NCBI GenBank assembly: GCA_040386315.1
Contig: JAZKFS010000020.1
Coordinates: 4,620-68,619 of the forward strand
DNA: 64,000 nt
Reading direction: 5' to 3'
DNA from: Bacteroidota bacterium
GTDB taxonomy: Bacteria > Bacteroidota > Ignavibacteria > Kapaibacteriales > DASPKH01
Numbering within the stretch: position 1 is the first letter of the stretch; each line of letters starts with the position of its first letter. The notes under the pieces were generated by a model. That model worked only from the letters and a program-made list of their open reading frames with translations. It did not search any database and was not told the DNA's origin. The translations under genes were made by a program, and so were the position numbers. Of this stretch, positions 7,203-16,914 are shown piece by piece.

Positions 7203-9614
7203 TTATCCCAGCGCAGCTATTTCACTCAATTCATTGTGTGCAACTTCATGTGCAGTATAGAATTGCTGGCGGCTATCCAGTTCAAACGTTCCTGCATATT
7301 CATGTTCGTACGTAATATTCGGCGCCGTACCCGCTGCTACGAAAACCGCTCTCGCCTGAAGCTCAACTTTTTCGCCTGTATCTACGTAGCGCGCATCTTC
7401 CCGTTTTTGATGCCTTTCAAAAACCACGCTTTCTACTGCACCATACTGATCTAATTTTGCCTCGTACGGAGAGAGATTTTCCGCAATGTAAATTCCTTCG
7501 CGAAGCGCTTCAATTACTTCTTCATGATTTAAACGATAGGCCGGAGAGTCCTGTAGCATTTTTCGATACACTAGTGTAACGCCGCCCCATTGATTTAAAA
7601 GCGGGAGAAAATTCGGTTTTTCACCTGCGGCTACTGCGCGTTCACGTTCCTGCTGGATCAGCTTTCCATGTTCGTAAAACCGCTTTCCGATAACTAATTC
7701 TTCTTCATCATACATTTTCCAGAACTCATCTTCGCCCATCTGCTCTTTTAAAAGATCAGCGCGTTCTGCAAATTTTTCCACCTGGACCGGGTAATATGCG
7801 AGCGTTTCCGTTGCAGTATCGGTACCGGTCAGTCCGCCACCGATCACGATTGCCGGGAGTTGAACCTGGAGATTTGCCAAAGAATCTTTCTTTGCAGCGC
7901 CGGTTAATTGCAGCGCCATCAGAAAATCCGACGCTTTGCGAATTCCGCGGCTGATATTATTTTTCATGGAAATGATCGTCGGGCGTCCTGCTCCTGCTGC
8001 CAGGGCTATATGGTCAAATCCCATTTCCCACGCATCTTCTATCAGCATCGTTCCGCCAAAACGGACTCCATCGAGGATTTTAAAAGAATTACGGCGCTCT
8101 AAAATTAAATGTAAGACTGTAAGAAAATTCTTATCCCACCTCACTGTAATTCCATATTCACTTACACCACCAAAACCTTCCAAAACACGCTCGTCCAATG
8201 GACGCTCGATCTCTTTTGAAAAATCGTACACCGGCTCTGAAATATCCCGTTCCAGAATATCTTTTAAAGCTTCTACTTTTAAACCTTCCACGCCAACAAC
8301 GGCGAAACCTTCATTTAAAAGATGATTACATAACGTATATCCGGCAGGGCCTAACCCAACAACGAGAACCTTCTTTCCATTATACGGAATCGGCGCCGGA
8401 CGTTCGATCTTTAAAGGATTCCACCGAGTCAGCAGTGCGTAAATTTCAAAACCCCACGGCAGGCGAAGCACATCGGTCAGGATAGAGGTTTCCACCTTTG
8501 GAATATTCACCGGCTCCTGCTTTTGAAAAATGCACGCTTTCATACAATCATTGCAAATACGGTGTCCCGTTCCCGCGCACATCGGATTGTCAATTGCGAT
8601 CATCGCAAGCGCGCCGATGGAGAAGCCTGTGCCTTTCAGCTTGTGCATTTCACTGATGCGCTCTTCCAGCGGACATCCCGTCAACTTAATGCCAAGCGGA
8701 TTCAGCTTCAATTCCCCTGTTTTTTCTTTTAAACCATGCGAGCACGAATCTTTCTCCCGCTCGTGGCAGATCAGGCAGTATTCAATTTCCTTCATGGATT
8801 CGCGCAGCGTACCGCGATTGTCCGTCAGTTTAAAACCGTCACGCCTGTGAAGTTTATGCTCCGGCCCGATCATGATTTCAGGAATTTTCGCATTCGCCCT
8901 TTCTACTTCCACAAGGTTTTCAAAATTCAGTTTTTCCGGCGCCCACGAACTCAACCAATTTTTAAAACTTTCCGGGTAAAGGAATCTTCGTAAGAAATAG
9001 TATTCCTCAAGCTGCGCTAATGCTTCTTTTGCTTTTTCGGTTACGGTATCTTTTTCCTGCGCGTCAGATTCAAAAGTTTTTAAAACATTCTCACGAAATC
9101 TGCCATTTACAGCATCCTGCATTTCCTCTACAACGGCAGCGAAGGCAAGCTCTTCATCATTATTCCACGGCAGGTTTTTAAAAGCTCCGGTTTGAAAATT
9201 CTGATAGAATTGCTCTAATTCTTTTAAACGTTCTTCTGTCTGAATTTGGGGAACATCCTTTTTACGGATCATTCCTTTTTTAACAAAATTCATTTTAAAA
9301 CGCATCACAAGCTGCTCATTGCTGAGCCGGCCATGCAGAATTTCCACTTCACCTTCGATTTTAAAAAGCTTTATGAGGAACATTTCCAAAGCTTTTCCGG
9401 CATTGATCAGGATTTCCGAGATCTGTGGTTGAGTCTTGCCCGCACCGGAATTCCCCCGATATTCATCAAAGTTTTTAAAACCATCGGGATCGATAGTATC
9501 ATAGAAAAGATTGAATTCTTTTAAAAGATCATGCAGGCGATAGGGATCATACAGATCCGAATATGTAAATCCTTCGATCCCCAGATTCTCTAATATTTGT
9601 TGTTCCTGATTCAT
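7203..9614 (-). CDS. Large Fe-S/FAD-NAD(P) oxidoreductase (GltD/pyridine-nucleotide-disulfide-oxidoreductase-like C-terminal half; uncharacterized N-terminal half)
   Basis: 803 aa. Cys clusters CLICHEREKDSCSHG, CPLEE and CAGTGHRICNDCMKAC, followed by the Rossmann motif KKVLVVGLGPAGYTLCNHL and a second nucleotide-binding region IVIGGGLTGTD. Confidence 0.6.
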   Translation of the reverse strand: MNQEQQILENLGIEGFTYSDLYDPYRLHDLLKEFNLFYDTIDPDGFKNFDEYRGNSGAGKTQPQISEILINAGKALEMFLIKLFKIEGEVEILHGRLSNEQLVMRFKMNFVKKGMIRKKDVPQIQTEERLKELEQFYQNFQTGAFKNLPWNNDEELAFAAVVEEMQDAVNGRFRENVLKTFESDAQEKDTVTEKAKEALAQLEEYYFLRRFLYPESFKNWLSSWAPEKLNFENLVEVERANAKIPEIMIGPEHKLHRRDGFKLTDNRGTLRESMKEIEYCLICHEREKDSCSHGLKEKTGELKLNPLGIKLTGCPLEERISEMHKLKGTGFSIGALAMIAIDNPMCAGTGHRICNDCMKACIFQKQEPVNIPKVETSILTDVLRLPWGFEIYALLTRWNPLKIERPAPIPYNGKKVLVVGLGPAGYTLCNHLLNEGFAVVGVEGLKVEALKDILERDISEPVYDFSKEIERPLDERVLEGFGGVSEYGITVRWDKNFLTVLHLILERRNSFKILDGVRFGGTMLIEDAWEMGFDHIALAAGAGRPTIISMKNNISRGIRKASDFLMALQLTGAAKKDSLANLQVQLPAIVIGGGLTGTDTATETLAYYPVQVEKFAERADLLKEQMGEDEFWKMYDEEELVIGKRFYEHGKLIQQERERAVAAGEKPNFLPLLNQWGGVTLVYRKMLQDSPAYRLNHEEVIEALREGIYIAENLSPYEAKLDQYGAVESVVFERHQKREDARYVDTGEKVELQARAVFVAAGTAPNITYEHEYAGTFELDSRQQFYTAHEVAHNELSEIAALG

Positions 9615-9657
9615 CGTAACTATTTCTTTTAAAAACTTTTCCTTTTAAAAACTTCAA

Positions 9658-10476
9658 TTATTGCTTTATAAATCGTTGAATTTTTTTGTCGGTATCTGTT
9701 GTAATAACGATCGCATAAACTCCAGCTGGCAGATTATTCAGGTCAATTGGTTTTAAAGGGAGTGCTTCTCCTGATAAAACAGTTTGCCCTGTTACTGATA
9801 TGATCGAATATTTCGTAATATTATCCGAATGAATGAACAGCTTGTCTTGCGCAGGATTTGGATAAATACTTAGTACAGCATCTTGATTATTCGTTTTAAA
9901 ATCCTCGACTGATTCAGGTTCTGGCGACATATTAAAATGAACCGTGATACGGAGATTTTCTATATTTTCATTCGTATAGAGCGCTTCGGTTGAATCTTTT
10001 AAACTGATATTGATAATATTTCCTGTCACTAAATCCTGAATTCTTGCTGAATCTATATATTGTGAAAGTGGTTGCCATCTGATATAAAAATCTTTATAAC
10101 TGTCATCTTTATCACCCTGACGAACCGGCCCGGGCGCGATTCCCAAATCGTATGTCTTTGTAAACTGAGTTGTACTTTCAAATCCGCGGAAATCTCTATA
10201 GCTATAAATATTCAAATCCATTATTGTATCATAGAATGCAAAACGCCCACCCAACCCACTTGGCGGATAGCCAGGGTAAATGTCCTTTTCACCTAAAGCT
10301 TTATCGTAGCCATCAGTAGCTCCTTTTTTTATGCCAAATTCCAATGGAACGACAATGGTTTGTCCCGGTTTGCCGGATAGCATCATTTTAATAGTAATGC
10401 TATCAGGTTGGGCAAATGCAGAACTATAGCTAATTACCAGTGCTATAAATATTTTTAAAAGATTCTTTCCAGTCAT
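9658..10476 (-). CDS. T9SS C-terminal-sorting-domain secreted protein (last gene of the cargo operon)
   Basis: ORF listed as 9658..10521. The likely start is MTGKNLLKIFIALVISYSSAFAQ at 10476. The C-terminus YPNPAQDKLFIHSD...AGVYAIVITTD...RFIKQ matches the Por/T9SS tail pattern. Confidence 0.75.
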   Translation of the reverse strand: MTGKNLLKIFIALVISYSSAFAQPDSITIKMMLSGKPGQTIVVPLEFGIKKGATDGYDKALGEKDIYPGYPPSGLGGRFAFYDTIMDLNIYSYRDFRGFESTTQFTKTYDLGIAPGPVRQGDKDDSYKDFYIRWQPLSQYIDSARIQDLVTGNIINISLKDSTEALYTNENIENLRITVHFNMSPEPESVEDFKTNNQDAVLSIYPNPAQDKLFIHSDNITKYSIISVTGQTVLSGEALPLKPIDLNNLPAGVYAIVITTDTDKKIQRFIKQ

Positions 10477-10502
10477 ATCTACACCTCTTACGTAGAAGAT
10501 AT

Positions 10503-10542
10503 GTATAAAAATGGGCAACAACGGATTGCGCCATTGTTGCCC
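10503..10542 (-). terminator. Hairpin plus U-tract downstream of the 1029-aa gene (intra-operon terminator/attenuator)
   Basis: GGGCAACAA (10513-10521) pairs with TTGTTGCCC (10534-10542) across a 12-nt loop. On the minus strand it is followed by ATTTTTATAC. Confidence 0.5.
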
Positions 10543-10579
10543 ATTGTAGAATTAATTTTCCTTTTTAAAGGAATATTTC

Positions 10580-13500
10580 TTAGTGCGTTACAGTAATTGT
10601 GCGAACGATTACTGTTTCACCAGCAACGAATTTTACAAGATACTGTCCGCTTGGAAGTGTGCTTGCATTGAATGTCAATTCCTGAGTTGCTCCAGCTACT
10701 GCTCCACTAACAAGAGTTTGTACTTCCTGTCCAAGAGCATTAAATACTTTTACAGTAGCTACACCAGCATTAGGCATAGAATATGTAATTGTAGCAACAT
10801 TTGAAACCGGGTTTGGAGATACTTTTACATCAAAGTTAGCTGCACCATTGCTTGCCTGAAGCAATTTAATAGTACCTACTTTCTTATCTGCAATTTGAAC
10901 GCTCTCTCCTTTTCCAATATTACCAATGATTTCGCCTGTAGCTGCATTTACCACTGTATATTGAGCATTTGTGTTTTCAACTGCTACGTTTACAGGATAT
11001 TCTGCACCCTGGATTCTGATCGCTGCATTACCAGTAGCAACACTGCTGTTATTAGTAAAGCGTACATCGAATAGATCAGCCGGAGGTAGTGGCGGTAATT
11101 CAAATGATTCAGTATTTACTGTTGGATTTGCTATGTATAATGAACCATTATGTGTAGCATCAGTAATACTGATCTTTGCACTATTTGCATATACTTCCTG
11201 ATTGCTGACAGTATTAGCACTATTTCCACGGGTTTCAGCAATTAGCTTAAGGAATGCTGAACCTTCAGTTACTTTTAACCAGTAGCCAAGCCCTGGAACG
11301 AGTTCAGAAACTTCAACATACCCACGATCTGTCACATATCCGTACACTCCACCAGTTCTGCGTGGCGTCGGCTGTCCAGCAATTGGATCAAACTGAATTC
11401 TGTCAATATTTACCGGTACTGATAAACTACCGATAGTATTCCATCCGGTTGAGATATTTACTTCATCGCGGAAATCAATTCTCTGAAGGCGCGTACCAGC
11501 AACTTTATTGTCAACTACCGGGCCAAATCGAACAAAGTATCCAATTCCAACTTTAGGAACTGCTGCATCCTGATAAATTCCTTTTGAGTAAATAATCGGT
11601 TGCTCAGTTAAGCGATTAGGATAGATATCATCCCAGCTCGTGCTTGACGGACGTACCGGAAGAGAAAGTAAATTCCAACCTCTTCTTGTTACCGGATATT
11701 CAATTACTTTTGGTAATGTATATTCAATAATAAAGGAGCTAATAGCAGCATCGTTAATTGTAATTGAGCGACGTGTACCACCTAATCCCGTTCCTGCTGT
11801 ACGCAGGTCAAAGCTAAAGCGTGTTCCATTTAATGTATCACGAATAAATAGTTGTCCTTCGCTTGGGAAATCTTCGGTATCATACGTGACCGTTACCTGT
11901 GATGTCGTAAAGCCAGCACCACGCTCAAAACGTACTTTATAGATTAGCGTAGTATCTGCATTAACGTTCCGTATATCACGAGATTCATACATTCCTGTTA
12001 AATCTCCCAGGCCATTTACGTGATCTGTAACTTCAGGATTTGTGCTGTATAAACGTGCGCTGAAAACTCCTGTGCCCTGAGGATCAGGATATGGAAATTC
12101 TCCAAACAATGTATCTACACCATCTGTTGCACGTAATCCGGTTCCGATCATTAATTTTGAAGTAACCGATCCGGCACCAACACGTGTAATATCAAAACGG
12201 ATACCTGTTCCACCACCATTTGTATTATTTGGCTCGTTCGGACGGCGAACATTGATATATGTTACTTTCAAACGAACCGGTGTAAATTCTGCAGATGCTG
12301 AACGAAATGTGATATAGCCCACATAGATACCTGTAGCATCCAAATCGTCCTTAATCTGAGGATCAAGTTCATTTGGATCTACTACGATACGGAAATTCAA
12401 TAATGGATCTTTCTGTGTTGTTACAGTTTGATCGGCATTTTGAAATCCAGGACCTCCAGGTCCAAGAATACCATTATCAATGTAATCTATCTCACCAAAT
12501 CTTCTAGCAGAAGGAATTGGGTTTTTTGCGCCAAAGGTTAAAAACTTTAACCATTTTGAGCTTGACTCAACACTAATATCTGTGAGGCGTGTAAAAGATA
12601 TTGACGGATCCGCGATAACATTGATCGCCTGTGTACCCCGGCTGTTTGCTAAATTTGGATTGATTGTTGCGCCATCTTCTACTACTATTGGAGTAGTTAA
12701 CTCCCATAAAGTATTGGAAAGTTGACGCACTTTAGCATCTAAACCAACATTCGGTAAGAAAGAAAAGCGCGGAACATCTGTAACTACTGCATAAATCACA
12801 CCCGGCTTAATCGGTTCTGCCGGATTTGAAAGACGATCTAATCCAGCAAGTCCAAAATTGAGGTCACCTACTGCCGGAGTAGGATACTCAGGAGTTCCTG
12901 GGAATGGGGACTGCTGAGCTATATTTAAGTCATTATACCGTAATGTATCGTTAGTAATAATGATAGGAGTATTTGTTGTACCAACTCCTGAGCTTGTTCC
13001 TACTACACGAAAACGGATATATAATAATTCCTGAAACTCACGTGCATTACAATCAACAGATTTATCATATGGATCTGTTTGTCCTGCTGCGGTAGTCGGA
13101 GCTAAGGGCTTTGTAGAAGCTCCTGCAATACGGATTCTTCTACCGAAGAAGCGGTTAGGAGTTACTACACCAAGACTTGTCTGATATGTATCATCCTCTG
13201 TATCATCAAAGCTAAGATCAAATTCTCTTGCAAGTGAATTAGTATCACTGGAAAGCGGGCCAAAACGCTCAAGGCCTACTGCTCTAAAAATACGCTCATC
13301 GTATTGTACTTTAAACTGAAAGCTATAAATCGGCGTAGCATTGAACCTAGGGTCAATACCATTTAAAAAGCAATTTTTTATAAATACAGGCACAAGGATT
13401 TCCCGAGGCTCACTATTTAAATTTATTGCTTTCGGTACATATATCCGGTCATCCGGATAATTTGTCCCATTCCCAGTTGAGTTGGGATTTGGACGGGATA

Positions 13501-13636
13501 TCAAGCTCAATTGTGGAACTTGCGGTCTAAGTAGCTGTGCCTGAGCAAATGAGCTGCCACAGATGACCATGCCCATAATCAAAGCGAAAGCTTTCAGGAG
13601 ACTATTTCTCCCTTGTAACGGATACCAGTTTTGCAT
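10580..13636 (-). CDS. Large T9SS cargo protein with a cohesin-like N-terminal module
   Basis: ORF listed as 10580..13669. The signal peptide is best from M12 (MQNWYPL...ICGSSFAQA). The cohesin-like stretch is ILVPVFIKN...IYSFQFKVQYDERIFRAVGLE. T9SS tail: SPNPVSNVATITYSM...GQYLVKFVAGE...ITVTH. Confidence 0.8.
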   Translation of the reverse strand: MQNWYPLQGRNSLLKAFALIMGMVICGSSFAQAQLLRPQVPQLSLISRPNPNSTGNGTNYPDDRIYVPKAINLNSEPREILVPVFIKNCFLNGIDPRFNATPIYSFQFKVQYDERIFRAVGLERFGPLSSDTNSLAREFDLSFDDTEDDTYQTSLGVVTPNRFFGRRIRIAGASTKPLAPTTAAGQTDPYDKSVDCNAREFQELLYIRFRVVGTSSGVGTTNTPIIITNDTLRYNDLNIAQQSPFPGTPEYPTPAVGDLNFGLAGLDRLSNPAEPIKPGVIYAVVTDVPRFSFLPNVGLDAKVRQLSNTLWELTTPIVVEDGATINPNLANSRGTQAINVIADPSISFTRLTDISVESSSKWLKFLTFGAKNPIPSARRFGEIDYIDNGILGPGGPGFQNADQTVTTQKDPLLNFRIVVDPNELDPQIKDDLDATGIYVGYITFRSASAEFTPVRLKVTYINVRRPNEPNNTNGGGTGIRFDITRVGAGSVTSKLMIGTGLRATDGVDTLFGEFPYPDPQGTGVFSARLYSTNPEVTDHVNGLGDLTGMYESRDIRNVNADTTLIYKVRFERGAGFTTSQVTVTYDTEDFPSEGQLFIRDTLNGTRFSFDLRTAGTGLGGTRRSITINDAAISSFIIEYTLPKVIEYPVTRRGWNLLSLPVRPSSTSWDDIYPNRLTEQPIIYSKGIYQDAAVPKVGIGYFVRFGPVVDNKVAGTRLQRIDFRDEVNISTGWNTIGSLSVPVNIDRIQFDPIAGQPTPRRTGGVYGYVTDRGYVEVSELVPGLGYWLKVTEGSAFLKLIAETRGNSANTVSNQEVYANSAKISITDATHNGSLYIANPTVNTESFELPPLPPADLFDVRFTNNSSVATGNAAIRIQGAEYPVNVAVENTNAQYTVVNAATGEIIGNIGKGESVQIADKKVGTIKLLQASNGAANFDVKVSPNPVSNVATITYSMPNAGVATVKVFNALGQEVQTLVSGAVAGATQELTFNASTLPSGQYLVKFVAGETVIVRTITVTH

Positions 13637-13681
13637 AATGCTTTCTCCTAATTTTGTAAATAGGACCATTGAATAAAAACT

Positions 13682-14878
13682 TTATTTATTAAGTGTTATA
13701 ATTTCCCTTGTATTAGTAAATACATTCCTTATAACTGCGATGTATTTACCTGCCTCTAATGAATTTTTATCTATAATTATGGAATTTCCTGTACTTCTGT
13801 ATTTTCCTCTTAATTGGCCCAGGATTGAATATACCATAATTTCATATCTGTCATCTATCTCTATTTTCCAGCTATCTTTTAAATCCTCTACTTTCCATTC
13901 TTTTATATTATTTATTCTATCTATTGTATTAATGATCTTTTTTTGGTTTGTAACTGAGATTGACACACTATCTTTTAAAAAAGAAACACACGAGCAATCA
14001 TTTATATCTTTTAAAACCACATTTATGCTACTTACTTCATTTGTATCTCTTTCTCTTTTAAAAACTGCTTTAATCTTGCGATCTACTGCTGAATTTGTAT
14101 CCAGATTTTTAAAAGAAATTTCAACTCCCGTTATTGTTGAGTCCACTTTTACAATTTCAATATCTTGCGTCTCTGCTGCTATTTGTGATATTTTAAAACT
14201 GGATGTATTATAATCCACTTTTAAAATCCCCTCCCTTAGCTTTGTTCCAGTCGAGGCATTTATAGAAAATATTACCTGCTGAGTAAGAATGCTATCATTA
14301 AAATTTAAACTATCTTGTGATGCTTTTACAGAAGCAAATCTTTTTAAAGACTTTCCTTCCTGCACCAGTACTTTTGCATTTACCGTATCGGTAATCGGCC
14401 TTTTAAATTCTATATCAAAATATGATATTTCTACATTAACTGTATCTGCACATGTGCTTAGCACAGTACCCAGGAAGGCTATCAGTGGTTCACTCCCTGT
14501 TACAGGAATATCTTGGATATTTCCACCTGTCGCTCTTACCACTCCTTTACCGGCAAAGTAACCCTGGGTTGGAAATCCTGTAAATTTTTCACTAAGAGTT
14601 CCACTTGTCAACACCTGATCAAACTTTATTTTATTTTGATCAAATTTTAATTCTATGTCAAAGTACAGTAAACTATCACTTTTTAAAACTTGTCCTATTT
14701 GTCCTACTTGTCCTAATGATACAGCTACCACTACCCGCTTACTTCCCGAGCAAACATCTACTGTATCAACTGCATATGCAGATATTGTTGCTACTTGCGC
14801 CATCAGGGGCTGCGCACTGATAATTAATATCAGTGGCAGCACCCATGTAAGCACTTTTTTTAAAAGCAATTGCTGCAT
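13682..14878 (-). CDS. AT-rich, K-rich T9SS-tail secreted protein with a cohesin-like N-terminal module
   Basis: Signal peptide MQQLLLKKVLTWVLPLILIISAQPLMAQ. VVVAVSLGQ...LLYFDIELKFDQNKIKFDQVLTSG. C-terminus IMVYSILGQ...AGKYIAVIRN...ITLNK. Confidence 0.7.
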   Translation of the reverse strand: MQQLLLKKVLTWVLPLILIISAQPLMAQVATISAYAVDTVDVCSGSKRVVVAVSLGQVGQIGQVLKSDSLLYFDIELKFDQNKIKFDQVLTSGTLSEKFTGFPTQGYFAGKGVVRATGGNIQDIPVTGSEPLIAFLGTVLSTCADTVNVEISYFDIEFKRPITDTVNAKVLVQEGKSLKRFASVKASQDSLNFNDSILTQQVIFSINASTGTKLREGILKVDYNTSSFKISQIAAETQDIEIVKVDSTITGVEISFKNLDTNSAVDRKIKAVFKRERDTNEVSSINVVLKDINDCSCVSFLKDSVSISVTNQKKIINTIDRINNIKEWKVEDLKDSWKIEIDDRYEIMVYSILGQLRGKYRSTGNSIIIDKNSLEAGKYIAVIRNVFTNTREIITLNK

Positions 14879-14879
14879 C

Positions 14880-16823
14880 TTAACGAATTACAACAAGTGT
14901 TTTATTCATTGTCATACCTTCTCCTTGTAGGCGATAGGTATATGTACCGGCTCCTACTGAATTACCGCTGTCGTCTGTTCCATTCCATTCAGTTACATTC
15001 ATTCCCTTATCCATCAGACCTGCTTTTAAAGTTTTCACTTTATTACCAAGCATATCAAATATAGCAAGTTCGTAATTTCCATTTTGTGGAATTGCAACTG
15101 TAATAGAAGTTGTATTAACTACAGGATTTGGATAGTTAGATAATGCTTGTGTATTTGCATTTTCATCCTTATTTACCAATATCGACTGTCCTGACTTTTG
15201 ATTATCATTAAATCGAACTTCATTTATTGTTAAGCTTGCATCTGAAGTTTTTACAGTAATATAGGCAATTGGCTCGTTTGCATTAAATTCGCCAGTTGCA
15301 CTGATTACTACAGTACTTCCATTCCCTTCAATAAGCACCTTGTTTTCACCAAGTTCTACGCCACTAACTTCAAGAATCTCTCCGTTCACGTTGAATTTGG
15401 TTGCAATAGCGCCTTTAGCAAAACCATTTAATTGTACAGGGATACGATATGTATTTCCATCTACATTAACTGGTGTTCCGATTGCTACATCATTTGCAGA
15501 CTTTTCATTAACACCAGCACGTCCGTAAGGGATAATGGTGTCAAGCAACCAAGGAAGTGTTGGTACACGTCCTGACATGTATAGCATAATTAAAGCAGCA
15601 TCATATTCCGTTGCTTCGAAGAAGAATGATGGATTTCCTGCAAGAAATGGCAAAGAATTATCTGGTGCCACATTTGTTAAATCATAATCAGACAGATTAC
15701 GATTTATCACCGAGCGACGGTAACGTGGTACATCAGTTGAGTTATCAGCACTTCTTGTAGAAAAATAATACCGACCGTTATGATTTACATCTCCATGAAA
15801 AGCATTGCGCTCGCGAAGACTATCTAATGGACGATTCATTGCTTGTGCACGTAGGATAACGCGAGCATCATTCACTGTTACAAAACGATTCTGTGGTAAT
15901 CCACGGTGCTTACCAACCTGTGAAAGATCAGCATCGCCATCACCCCAACCACTTACAAGAAGACGTACATTTACACTTAGACGGACAACAGTGTCACTAC
16001 CACCTGAAGGCTGCCATAAATTTGAAAGGCGTGTACTTGTACGAGCTGTATTAATGTTACCATTAAACTCAAGTGCATTAATATAATCTCCATTTTCCCC
16101 TTTAATTCCAACTGACGCGCCTTGAGTTACTACAGTTGAACCGTTTCCACCAATTTGTCCGTATGCAAATTCAATATCACCTTGAAAATTGTTTGTATTT
16201 CCTAATCTTAGGCTATCTGACTCATATAGATAAAGTTGAAAATTAGCAACACTTGATGGAATAAGCTCATTATTAATATTCAAATTTTGCCATTGCACTA
16301 TAAATGCATTTCTGAATGTCCCGCTTCCATCATTTACAGAACGTGTTCCATAAGAAATCTCTGATGGCAAATACTGTGATTCACCAAGTGTTCCCGGACC
16401 TTTACGATAATAGTGATCTCCAAAAAATGGAGCAACAATATTTACCGGTTGTGTATTTGTAAACAGTGACTGAGGATTATCTGCCGGAATATTAGGTGGC
16501 TGTGTTTTCGTAAACAACACAAATCCATTAATATTTATCCAGACATCACTATAAAGCGTACCATTATAAGAAAATTGGAATGGTAGATTAACTCGAACAT
16601 ACCCATCATCTCTATCAGCAGGATCACTTGATCCAATCTGTGGGGGAAGTCTAAAGTCGTCAGCAGGCAGGACTGTCTTGCTAACCAGTGGAGTATAAGG
16701 ACGATTGCCTACTTTGGTAGCAGCCCTAAAATCCGCCGTAACATCTGCCTGTGCCTGTTGTGTAGTTGCGCCAAAGTATAAACCTAGAGCTGCACCTACT
16801 GCCAGAAGGACACGGTATTTCAT
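14880..16823 (-). CDS. T9SS cargo protein with dockerin-like Ca-binding segments and a cohesin-like module
   Basis: Signal peptide ...TTQQAQA. GDGDADLSQ...VNDARVILRAQAM and HGDVNHNGRYYF...EYDAALIMLYMSG. YRIPVQLNGFAKGAIATKFNVNGEILEVSGVELGE. T9SS/FlgD-Ig-like tail YPNPVVNTTSITV...FDMLGNKVKTL...GTYTYRLQGEG. Confidence 0.8.
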   Translation of the reverse strand: MKYRVLLAVGAALGLYFGATTQQAQADVTADFRAATKVGNRPYTPLVSKTVLPADDFRLPPQIGSSDPADRDDGYVRVNLPFQFSYNGTLYSDVWININGFVLFTKTQPPNIPADNPQSLFTNTQPVNIVAPFFGDHYYRKGPGTLGESQYLPSEISYGTRSVNDGSGTFRNAFIVQWQNLNINNELIPSSVANFQLYLYESDSLRLGNTNNFQGDIEFAYGQIGGNGSTVVTQGASVGIKGENGDYINALEFNGNINTARTSTRLSNLWQPSGGSDTVVRLSVNVRLLVSGWGDGDADLSQVGKHRGLPQNRFVTVNDARVILRAQAMNRPLDSLRERNAFHGDVNHNGRYYFSTRSADNSTDVPRYRRSVINRNLSDYDLTNVAPDNSLPFLAGNPSFFFEATEYDAALIMLYMSGRVPTLPWLLDTIIPYGRAGVNEKSANDVAIGTPVNVDGNTYRIPVQLNGFAKGAIATKFNVNGEILEVSGVELGENKVLIEGNGSTVVISATGEFNANEPIAYITVKTSDASLTINEVRFNDNQKSGQSILVNKDENANTQALSNYPNPVVNTTSITVAIPQNGNYELAIFDMLGNKVKTLKAGLMDKGMNVTEWNGTDDSGNSVGAGTYTYRLQGEGMTMNKTLVVIR

Positions 16824-16872
16824 AATTACTCCTTTATTTTTTTTAAATTATTATCGTATTAGTAATCTTGCT

Positions 16873-16898
16873 GAGGGTTCTTTATATAAAGAACCCTC
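16873..16898. promoter_or_regulatory. Perfect 26-bp palindrome between the giant adhesin gene and the next operon gene (RNA hairpin, no U-tract)
   Basis: gagggttctttat|ataaagaaccctc: the reverse complement of the first 13 nt equals the last 13 nt exactly. It lies in the 91-bp spacer 16824-16914. Confidence 0.6.
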
Positions 16899-16914
16899 CT
16901 GCAAAACATTATTC

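Noticed and set aside
13740-14930. Plus-strand ORFs (71-157 aa) opposite the AT-rich 398-aa gene.
   Set aside because: AT-rich DNA generates long F/L/I/S-rich antisense ORFs by chance. The minus-strand product has a signal peptide and a T9SS-like tail.
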